The position numbers were made by a program, and so were the translations under genes. A stretch of DNA of 64,000 nt from Amoeboaphelidium protococcarum X5. Its lineage: Eukaryota; Fungi; Aphelidiomycota. The stretch lies in assembly GCA_023515725.1 (NCBI GenBank), contig JALDTO010000146.1, positions 806,001 to 870,000 of the forward strand. The letters run 5' to 3'. The notes below the pieces were generated by a model. That model made no database searches. It was not told the DNA's origin and was given only the letters and a program-made list of their open reading frames with translations. Positions 51,861-64,000 of this stretch are shown here, one piece after another (within the stretch, counting starts at the first letter, position 1; each line of letters begins with the position of its first letter).

Positions 51861-52904
51861 ATGACGACAAGTGTTAATCAAGTGCTAAATCAACTCTTTA
51901 ATGATCCCAAGACTGGCTTTGTGGGTGCCGAAAAATTGTTGAGACGTGCAAAAGTCATCAACTCAAAGATTACCATGAAACAGGTGAAGGAATTCCTTGC
52001 CCAGAATCCAATAAATCAAGTGTTTCAAAAGCCAAAGAATGCAAAGCTCACGCCAAAAATTCATGGTAAGTTAGGTCATTACCAGGCTGATTTAACCTTT
52101 CTGACGCGATATCAGAGACAAAACTCCAACTATCATATCTTGCTAGTCGTGATTAACGTGAATACCAAGTATGCATATGTTGCTGCCCTGAAGGATAAAA
52201 CGCAAGGAACAGTATTGAATGCATTAGACAGAATACGTCAACAATCAATCAATGATGGGTGGCCATTGAAAGTGTTGCAGACAGATAATGGAAAAGAGTT
52301 TCGAAACAATAGCATCACAAATTGGATGAATGAGCATAACATAACATCCCAGTATTGTGAAAAGGATGATAAGAAGTGTCTAGGAGTAGCAGAGAGGTTC
52401 AATCGCACTATAAAACTCATGATTGAAAAGTATTTAACAAGTAAGAACACGAATAGATGGATTGATAAATTACCCGACTTTGTTCAAAACTACAACTCAT
52501 CATTTCATAATAGCATCTCAAAGATACCCGAGCAGCTAGAAATGTATGATGAAGCGGAACTGATAAGGAAGAGCATTGCTCACAATAATCGTGTCACAAA
52601 TTCGGTAATCAAACGTAGTGATTTTGTAAGATTATTGAATAAACGAGGCGCATTTGAGAAAGAAGGGCAAAGATTCACGTTGAAAGTATACATTGTCGAA
52701 GAAGTGGGGATGAATAGTGTTCGCGTAGAAGGCAAGCATCAAAAGTTCAATTTGTTTGAAGTATTGAAGGTTTCCCCATTAAGCCAAGACATTGACAACT
52801 CATTAAGGCAGAAGCAACTTGACATCTATCGAGCAGATAAACGTATTCGTGAACGCGAAGGTATTAAACCTGACAGAAGACATTGTAAAAGATTAAGAAA
52901 GTAG
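51861..52904 (+). mobile_element. Polinton/Maverick-type rve (DDE) integrase, 347 aa, apparently written in the standard genetic code
   Basis: YQADL, LQTDNGKEF, AERFNRTIK catalytic triad; NYNSSFHNSI; N-terminal FNDPKTGF block; all 21 Gln codons are CAR; ends at TAG. Confidence 0.9.
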
Positions 52905-53151
52905 CTTTATTTCCAGAACAGTCTTTCCTCAAAGACTTCAAGTCAATTTTCCCTCCATTTAAGTAAACGACACTTACAATTAGCAGTTTGATAAATACTT
53001 CTTGCTCATTGTTAAACGGAGGTAAAACAATACGGCGGTTCTCCTTCGGAACTTTGATTTCCCAAAAGCCAACAAATTTGGATATTACTGCAACCGAGCC
53101 GTTCGGAGGCCGACTATAAAGGGTATTGGCTGCTTCTTGAGTTTTACTGGT

Positions 53152-53370
53152 TTATGCAGTTTGCTGGTTAGTTGGCCAAGGCAGCAATTCATCTGTTGGG
53201 GCTGATTCCAAGCCAAATACCCTGTATGTGCAAATCACTTCGCTGCCAGTCGGAGCTCTATTGCATAGCTCAGCCATAGCGTTGATGTTGTTGCGCCAAC
53301 TATTACTTTCTTGATAATCACGAATAGTGCTCTTATTTTCACTGATGAAATTTTGCATTTGGATATCCAT
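53152..53370 (-). CDS. Small hypothetical ORF (72 aa) inside the standard-code island
   Basis: ATG 53370 to TAA 53152; 5 Gln, none TAR; divergent from the NTPase gene. Confidence 0.3.
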   Translation of the reverse strand: MDIQMQNFISENKSTIRDYQESNSWRNNINAMAELCNRAPTGSEVICTYRVFGLESAPTDELLPWPTNQQTA

Positions 53371-53430
53371 TGAAATCAAGAGAACCTGGGAAGAAATTTT
53401 TTTCAGCGCTCTTTTCTTGAAAATCCCGCA

Positions 53431-54549
53431 ATGGACTATCTCAAGACTTTGACGGAATTATCACCTCTTATAACGCTGCTTGGTAGCGGTGCTGGAATTA
53501 TTAGTCTGAGTTCATCGGGCTTATTGCCTCGTGCAGGGCCTCTACGCGCGCTTATATTTGCTTTCCGTTCAAAGCTTCGTTCACCGCGTCTTCCTATTTC
53601 GAATCGCACAGCGGATTTGACCATTCTTCGAAATGCCCTTGAGGTTGTTGATAGGCAGAAGTACGTGGTGGTTATCGGGCAGAAGGGAATTGGGAAATCT
53701 GTTCTTGTTCATACTGTCACTAATCGAGCTTTCGGTGTTGTGGAGAAGGAGGTGAAGCCCGGGATGGATCAGGACGCCATCATAGATGCTGTTCTCAGGG
53801 ATTTGGCAAATGTCAATTACGGACCATGGAATCCCCGATCTAATGCTGCCCGTGTTTTGTGGTGGTACAGACGCTTTCCTATTTCTCCTCCTATTGCTGT
53901 CTTGAATGCTACTGAACGATTGCCTGGAGAAGCTTATGCCGGTCTCACTGGTGCAGTCAGAACGCTTAAGGAAAAGTATGGTCTCCGCGTGATCGTTGAT
54001 GGTTCGCCCAATTCCTTGCCGCCTAGTCTTCTTTCTACCGAACGACAGCGCGTTCTCGCTATCCAGCCAATGGATTGGGAAACCGTACAGAAACTGGAAC
54101 AATGCAAACCCGCATTTGAGTGGATTAATTCTGCTGGTCTCGAAAAGGCTGTATGGGCCGTGTTGGGAGGTGTTCCAGCAAAGTATGATCGACTTGTTAA
54201 TGTTATCATGGAAAGCAAGTTGGATCCTAGCAAAGATTTACGAGTTGTAATTGGAGATTTTCTGGTCGATGAAGTTAAGAAGGCGATGAAGTCAGTGACT
54301 GAAGCGACAGAGGCTTTTCCAGACATGAAGAAAATCCTTGAGTTACTGGATGCTGAACTCAAAGTGCCTCGGAAAGCCCTTGCTGAAAATAACTTGCAGC
54401 GCCCCATTCCGGATAAAATCCTCCGAGAGATTGAACGTGATGGGAAGTTTGTTCTTGTTCCGGCAAGTGGAGCGATCTCTCTTGTTCTGCGTCATAAATT
54501 GAGCAATGCGCCTTCATTGGATGAATTGCTTAAGCTGGTTGGACAGTAA
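53431..54549 (+). CDS. P-loop NTPase (AAA/STAND-like) with N-terminal hydrophobic segment, 372 aa, apparently standard code
   Basis: Walker A VVVIGQKGIGKS, LRVIVDGS, LGGVPA helix-turn motif; all 9 Gln codons are CAR; ends at TAA. Confidence 0.8.
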   Translation: MDYLKTLTELSPLITLLGSGAGIISLSSSGLLPRAGPLRALIFAFRSKLRSPRLPISNRTADLTILRNALEVVDRQKYVVVIGQKGIGKSVLVHTVTNRAFGVVEKEVKPGMDQDAIIDAVLRDLANVNYGPWNPRSNAARVLWWYRRFPISPPIAVLNATERLPGEAYAGLTGAVRTLKEKYGLRVIVDGSPNSLPPSLLSTERQRVLAIQPMDWETVQKLEQCKPAFEWINSAGLEKAVWAVLGGVPAKYDRLVNVIMESKLDPSKDLRVVIGDFLVDEVKKAMKSVTEATEAFPDMKKILELLDAELKVPRKALAENNLQRPIPDKILREIERDGKFVLVPASGAISLVLRHKLSNAPSLDELLKLVGQ

Positions 54550-54708
54550 TTAGAGTTGCAACACAAATGTTGCACATTGATGTTGGCGACTCGCTGAAGA
54601 CTAGTGTACCTTGACTTAGCTATTGAGCGAAAGTTAGTAGAGTTATGATATTGATATTGAAAAGAAGATATAGAAATGCTAATATCGAAATCCAGGATTA
54701 TGTCTACA

Positions 54709-55599
54709 TCAAAATTTTCTTTTCAATTGTGCAATGGGGGATACAGCAGATTCAAATATTGCTGTTTAGTGAGATGAATGATCTACCTTTGAATCATCAT
54801 GCAGCTTTTGCGCCATTGACATTGAGATGTGACCCTGCTTTATGATCTTAACAGTGTGACTACTGAAAGAGAATCCTGTATAGTCTTATTCTTGACGAGT
54901 ACTATTGTAAGGCCATATTCTTCCTTGACATATTACCAATTGTCCAATCGCTAGACTATCGTAGGATTCATCTAGAACTTTCTCATCCTCGTCTTTCTCT
55001 ACGCATTTTTGGCCCTTATTCAAGTTGATTTTGACTTCTAAATACTACTTATCAATGTTGGCAGGAAACTTTGGTTCAGTCTTTTTGGTAGACCATCCAG
55101 GGAACTGTTAACAAAACTTCACCAAAATCTGACTATGCTTATTTGTATGAGGAGTTGCGGAACCTGGTAAATTCGGATCTTTCTCAGAGAGTCTGACTAC
55201 CAATTTGTCTCCATTTGAAGTCGGTTGCATATTTATGATGATTCCAATCAGCGAAAGTTCAGTGCGCTTGTCATTATCTATACGCACCGTTTTACCGTTG
55301 ATCCAGTCGGTACCCTAAAGGTACCATTTCGCAAATTAAGGCAAATTTAGAGCTGCATCCTCTTGCAATTACGCGAAATCCTTGTAATATTATACCAAGT
55401 TTCGCGTTTACTCGGTAGACGTCGTTGTACCGCGAATCAGTTCCAGATCAGAGTCATCGCTAGACGATGTATCCACAATCGACACAACTTTCTAGGCTTT
55501 TTTCTTAGATTTTTTGGTCACAAACGTTTACACTTACTATTTCTCGTCAACACTGAACAGATCTGGAGTATTATGACGTCTACGTCTCTTCTTAGCCAT
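54709..55599 (-). CDS. Putative OB-fold single-stranded DNA-binding domain (296 aa from an internal ATG), in frame with the upstream helicase
   Basis: Open with TAR=Gln; basic NLS-like MAKKRRRRH; C-terminal LAIGQLVICQGRIWPY...YTGFSFSSHTVKIIKQG resembles the T7 gp2.5-like SSB strand pattern. Confidence 0.5.
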
Positions 55600-58351
55600 T
55601 TCAAAAGTAAATTAAGATGTATCTACTGTGTTGTGAAGTGCAATTTGAGGAAGTTGAAAGATGATGTATAAAGAGCGCTAAGTAAATCTAAAAATCTTAT
55701 CAATATAACCTAAACCGAACTCACAGATCAAAATATTGTCGGGGGCAACATATTACTCCATGGTTCGGTTATGGAGCTGTGTCAAGAACAGATCATATTG
55801 TTTCAACTCCTAGGAGATCGTTAACTCGATTTTAGATTTTGCAAATTTTCGCAGAATTACTAATTACTCCAAAAACTTAGTTCTTGATGACGCGATATAA
55901 AACAATCTTTTTAGAAAGAACGTAAAAACATCTATCACCACAGGCCTTGTTACAGTCAAAGATTAGCATGAGTGCGAAGCTATGGAGTACGACAATCGCA
56001 ACGGCACTTAAGATCTATAGAAAGTAGAGTTTCGATAACTCAAAGCCTTTTTGATTGGAGTAATTGCAACCTCATTATTGCCATAGACTCCGTCAGCAAA
56101 AGAGAAATTCGAAGCAATTAGTTTGTTCATTTTTACCAATACAGCTTCAGGCAACAGCTTTTTAACGCGATCCTAGTCATTTCGATACATAATCCCAATC
56201 ACCACACCAGCGCAATTTCTTGCTAATCCAACTTCAGGGCAAATGTTCGAGGTCAAATACACATAATCGCCAGTTGTGAGAGTTACCTTATTCTCTAAAC
56301 CACGCCAGCGTTCACCATCAAAGCGGCAGAGTTCTTTATTTATAGCAGATGTCAAGTCGGAGCTACTATCATGTTTGGCGTTGAAAGTACAGAGTTCAAA
56401 GTTAGAGCCGGCTAAATGACTACGACTGCGTTAAGTTTGAGATTGTAGCTACTGAATTTTTAAATTGAAGTACTACACGTACACATTCTTACCAAATATG
56501 AATAAAGGTTTGTCATCTAATTATAAACGCGGCCCTGCTAGATCAACTGCTCTTGAATAGAATTTGGCATACGTATCATCAGAGACTTTCCCTTATCTAA
56601 TCTCCGAGAGCATATCCTAACAGCAGTTGTCACCAGATTAGCGCATATTATCCTGTAAAATTATGGCGTGAGACATCTGCCTCCATGCAGCTACACCAAG
56701 GTGACCGCTTTGGCTCAACCTAGTATTTTCACATGCTGGATTGGGCGCAGACGCCGCAACAGGAGCCAATTGATGCTAATCGCCAAACCATACAGTGGGT
56801 AATCCACCGAATAGACTTGAGGAGCCTTTTGCAATCTACAATTAACGATTAATCTCATACACACGCTGACATGACAGAACACTGAACTCGTCTATTAAAC
56901 AGACATATACGTTCGCGAATTTTAGCTACAACCTTTCAGTAGTAGTAGTCGACACATTATAAGAGCCGTGTGATCTTGAGAAATGTTCATCTGTGCCTGA
57001 GATGGATAGCATAAACTGAGAAGTGCAAGTGGAGCCATCAACATTTGAGGCAGCCACGCCATTATACGAGGATACAGTGACAGAATGTGCACCTAACTTG
57101 TACTGCATATACAACCTGAATGCCAGTAGTAGAGTAGATTTTCCGGATCCAGGCATTCCTGCTATAACAAGTTGCAATCTTTCGCATTCAGTCATATTCT
57201 ATTCCAACAACTCAGAATCTACATACTGACGAAACAAACCCCAGGCGCATGATTACTCTTTGTTCCGTCTAATTAAAGTCAGCAATTGGAGTAAATTACT
57301 TTTTACCTCATCAAAATTCGACTTCACCAGTTCATCACGTGTTGGTATACAACTTTCAGGCGACTACAATAATGCGGAGTGCTCAAAGTTGCCAGAAACC
57401 GTAATGCCGACATACTATACTGCTGTCTAGTCCAGAGCATAATTATCCAATATTCCTTTACTGAGAGTTTCAATATAATAGATATACGATAATATACGAT
57501 ATAATATGGTGGCAAAAGTTATCTATTCAATCAATGATAATCAATGTTCGTAATCGATGATGATGATGATGATGTATTGCTGCGCCACTGATCCATTCAG
57601 TTCCAAGTCGTTCTAATCCTGACGTCACTCATACTTCAACAGAGAGCTATTTAAAACAAATACTTTGCATCATCATACACCTTTTTACACGGTTTCTCTA
57701 GTTCATTGGGTGGCGGAATGCTTATGTCTAAAAAGTCTTCATCGTCCTCGAGTTGTTGGTCATCAGCATCTTCATCACCATTTAGTAGATCAGGATTAAG
57801 CATTCATTCCAGACCAATGTGGCGCCCCTATTCCGGCACAAATCCTACAAATCAGTTGAAGAGTCTATGGGTTGTTGACTATCTTCATCATTATGAGGTT
57901 GACCCTTAAACATTGCACTTGCAGTAGCAATCCGTCAGTTTACTGATATAATGATTGAAAGATGCATTAAAATTATTCGCTTTCCATAACTCGTATACCT
58001 CCATTCCCGCAGACTTGTATTGTTTACCCCAGCCAACATGGACATTAGGACAAATATCGAACTGAATGAGCTTCTTATCTGTATCAGCATACCGCCACGG
58101 TATAAAAGCGACCATTGCCTGAAAACAAAATTTATAATCAAGTTCATCAACAGGACGATAAGGCATTATACTGAGAGACTAGTTAAAAGAACGCGCTAAT
58201 TTGACTATGGAATGAGTAGAATGCTGGTGGTGATCATTAGGAAATCAACCTTCTCTTTGGCAGTGTCTTTATCACGGAGAATTTTTTAGTAAGATCGCCC
58301 ATACTTCTACAGTTATACACCAGATAAACTTGCACTTCGAGATGGATAGTC
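55600..58351 (-). mobile_element. Helitron-like RepHel remnant: open Pif1-family helicase frame (up to 57540) with a frameshifted upstream region; no HUH Rep domain seen
   Basis: GMPGSGKS, SYNGVAASNVDGST, LIDEFSV, FGGLPTVWFGDQHQLAPV, LQDNMRQ, QVPLRLSYSIASHSCQSLT, YIASSR; upstream Helitron-type blocks DYPSR, HHQHSTH, AFIPWR; in-frame TGA at 57541. Confidence 0.82.
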
Positions 58352-60935
58352 TACAAAAGGGACACTTGCGAGAACTAAAGAATTGGTGGTAGCACTCTAC
58401 TATAGTTATTTCTAAGGATAATCAAATGGTACATAAAGTTCTTGGTACTTGTTGAAGAAGGTACTGAAGCAGCCGAACCGTCGGCTAAGGTTACCAAATT
58501 GAAGGACCTCGGAGAAAATTCATCAAACACTCTTTGACAGGTTGAGGATAAAATACAAGTTCTTATAGATCTGATATTTTATATTACTTATTTTTCTCTA
58601 CATCTTGTACATTATTCATTCAACGCGCCCCGATGAGCACAAACTCTTCCACATGTTGATCGCGCCACTCGGTTTGTGGACTAACTTGTCCTCATTCGAC
58701 TTTACTTCACCAAAACTCGGTAAGACGGCGTAAAACTCACTCAACACATGAAGTAGACTATTCGGTACAGACTGAAAGTAGTTGGAGCGAGATGTCTCGA
58801 AAACTCTTGACATGTGGCGATGAGGACAATCTGTACGCAAGTTGATCAAAACGCGCCGTAGTTGCGGACAAGGTGTCCTCATTCTACTTATCTTCACCAC
58901 AACTCAATTTGATGACGTTATACTCATACCGACTTTGATATATACTATCTATAGACTAATTGTAGTTTGAGCGAGAGATCTAATAACTGACAACGTGAGG
59001 TGATGAGGGCAATCTGTTCGGCTGTGACACTGACGTGATCCAATTTGCTCGCCGAACACGATCAACTTATCAGGTAACTAGCCGGATCCATCTGTTTTTA
59101 GAATGATCAACCAAGGTACAAACTATGGACTCTTTCTGGTCACTTTAAGTATATTACGCACCATAGTTATGTAATCTCACGTGTGTCTTTGGTCAATTAA
59201 AGTTAAGGTGGTAGCCCGATGGTTTAGCGCCGATACATTGACTCGTAGTAATTGCGCGTAGTTTTGGTTTACCTTTTATCAATTTAAAAGGGGCTGTACA
59301 TTGGATTTGTCTTGGTAACTCCAGAACGCCTTATGTTGGGACATCGTAATCTCTGCCGCTCGTTCCGTCTGCAAACATCTGCCCGCTTTCCCTTCTTTCT
59401 TTCTGCTATTGTGTGTTTAGAATCCTACTACTGTATTAAGTCCGATTAAAGTATAGTGTTGTATAGTTCAGCCGATTGTTGCTGCCATTGCTATTGGTAA
59501 TTGAATTTGTTGTGAATGTTTTGCGTTTCATCTTTCTGGTTAAAGGGTGTGCGTGTGTCATTGCAATGTGTTCAGTATGCTTTACTTCAACTGGATTAAA
59601 GTGGATTCAAGAGATATTGAATTTCTATCTATATATTGCTCCTATTATATGAAGGATATATATGTGGTATTCGTCAGCTAATAGATACGGACCATAAAAT
59701 TTTGTGGTGTCTAATGTGTCGCATCCTCGGTCTTTATCAAGCGCAGTACTGTGTAATGAGTAAGTGAGTATGGGATCACTGTAATTTTGCGGCCGTTGGT
59801 CTGCTCTCTGACTGCGATATTGTAAGGCATCGTGTCCATCCATACCTTGGCATCCTATTGTATCCGAAATTGGCTATGCACTCACAAGCAATGTTCTTTT
59901 GATGTATCATGGCTAACGCTGGCTGGCTCGGCTTACAGAGTATGCATTTGTAAATGTGCCTCACTGTGTTGCAATCTGCTCTTGATCGGTGTACGCGTGA
60001 GACGTCTCACTTCTGGACGCTGCTACAGGTTCAGAGAATCTAAGTCCAAGATCATTCATGGCTGATTGTTTGCAAGTAATGCACCGCATAATACTGGATG
60101 CTGATAATGTGATCACTCGCTTGCGAGGGAGATTTTAAAGCTCTCCAGTTCCAGCAAGGAAAGCCGATAGTAAACAGCACGGTTTTATAATGTTAGAAAC
60201 GGTCACTGCAGAAGGCTTTGCCGCGTTTCTATTCACTCGTTTCATATAAATGCAGATAATAAAACTGTTTCATCGACTTCACTTACAGTACTGAAAGAGA
60301 AAGAGACAGAGAGTGTCTCTACGGCGTGCGCACTCTGCTGATCTTATAGAATTTGTTCAACAATTCAAACCTTGATTTCCATTACTTTCGCGTACGTATA
60401 ATCTTAGTTTGAACATAAACACTCTTCAGTAATTTTAGCATATTAATTATTGGTCTGTTGAGATATGTATAATATCACGAAAAATCTAATCCAATTTCCA
60501 GCCTTTCGTAGACTTTAAAGTATGGATTTTAGAATATAAATGTATTGATCATTCATTCATGCCAGTAAGTGCTATTCAGGATGTACAAATTACATTTATT
60601 TACATCAGACTATAACCATGGTACTGAACATAACAAATTCTTCTTACAAGTATAGGCGCAATACAGATACAGATAATGTGAAACGGTCAAGAATGCTAAA
60701 TCTTCAGATCGTAAAGCTAAGCCACATCAATCATTCTTCGTTTGGATTGATTAATAGATTGATCTTCCCTTCTTTCCTCTTTTGTTGGCCAAAACATTCT
60801 ATTCTAAGCTGTTCTGTTCATCCTTCCTTATCAGTTGTATGACAGATTAGTCACTCTTGCATAGTATACTTCTCCTATTTGCATATTCTTTTAATAATAT
60901 CTCTATATCCTGTGCTTGTGTGATTTAATTTCTTT

Positions 60936-63428
<2,493 letters not shown>

Positions 63429-63541
63429 GTCTATTATGATTCTATATAAAATGATAAAGACTACTCAGCTATGAAAACTATTGTCTTAATTATTATACAA
63501 ATCGATTTTATTTTAATGTGATACTTTAAATCTCATTCATA

Positions 63542-64000
63542 TCACTTCTGAATGTTATTGTCTCTCTGTATGAGCTCATCAATCCTATGTTGAAAATCAA
63601 CTAACGCGTTGTATTATAGACAATCCAATTGAACATCACCAGCATAACCCAATTCGCACAATATAGATCCGAGTTGATCTTTGATTAAAGTGATATGTTC
63701 ATCACTCAACCATGCTAAGCCATAGTAATTATCATTGGATTAAGTCTTGGATGTATAAGGCGATCCCTTATCATTGATTGCGCATTAAATCAGTCCAATA
63801 TAATACTCGGTATCATCCAAGTACTCTGACGGCAACAGCATCTCAATCACACGCTACATTTCCAGAAGCTAATTGGATCTAAGTTCTTCATACTTTACCA
63901 AGATGGACGGGAGCGGAACGGATTTCCAATACAAATAATGGCTGCGATACTTGTCAACATACCATTGCAACTTGCCCATACGTAATGAATCGCGAAAACT
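63542..64000 (-). CDS. 3' part of a sulfotransferase-like protein (partial, starts beyond the window)
   Basis: HYLYW...ILVKYEELRSNQLLEMQRVIEML...LCELGY is typical of sulfotransferase C-termini; TGA at 63542. Confidence 0.65.

Noticed and set aside
54557-54604. Hairpin TGCAACA-CAAA-TGTTGCA plus CTAG as a Helitron 3' end
   Set aside because: The hairpin-to-CTAG spacing is too long and the orientation is opposite to the minus-strand helicase.
58400-60900. Short ORFs between the Helitron remnant and YAK1
   Set aside because: No long TGA-free frame or recognisable motif (including HUH Rep) was found; probably decayed element and intergenic DNA.

Overview
Gene-dense eukaryotic nuclear DNA that uses a reassigned genetic code: TAA and TAG encode Gln and TGA is the only stop (table 6-like). 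This is why the standard-code ORF track is fragmented. Read this way, about 28 intact host genes appear, with few, short (46-77 nt) GT-AG introns: SEC7, NOP7, USP, MCEE, a NYN-like protein, a kelch surface protein, RPS14, a biotin carboxylase, COX16, eIF4E, PHGDH, HPP, NDUFS1, YTM1, an OSR1/SPAK-like kinase, coactosin, MDM12, tubby, SerB, PDH-E2, PARL, PDXK, KYNU, ACOX, YAK1 and others. Fungal-type genes plus this code suggest an aphelid such as Amoeboaphelidium protococcarum (inference). Most notable: (1) a candidate telomerase RNA gene between SEC7 and NOP7 (about 5.9-6.3 kb, + strand) with a CUAACCCU template, an H-type pseudoknot and a CR4/5-like three-way junction with a P6.1-like hairpin; (2) an accessory pocket at 14-17.4 kb with a decayed Crinkler-type nuclease, a RuvC-less Fanzor1-like ORF, a small secreted Cys-rich protein and an unassigned structured RNA candidate; (3) a mobile-element zone at 51-58 kb with an AAAGGT repeat array, a standard-code island (Polinton-type integrase plus P-loop NTPase) and a Helitron-like Pif1 helicase in frame with an SSB-like domain. 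All calls come from manual translation and base-pairing; no searches were run.
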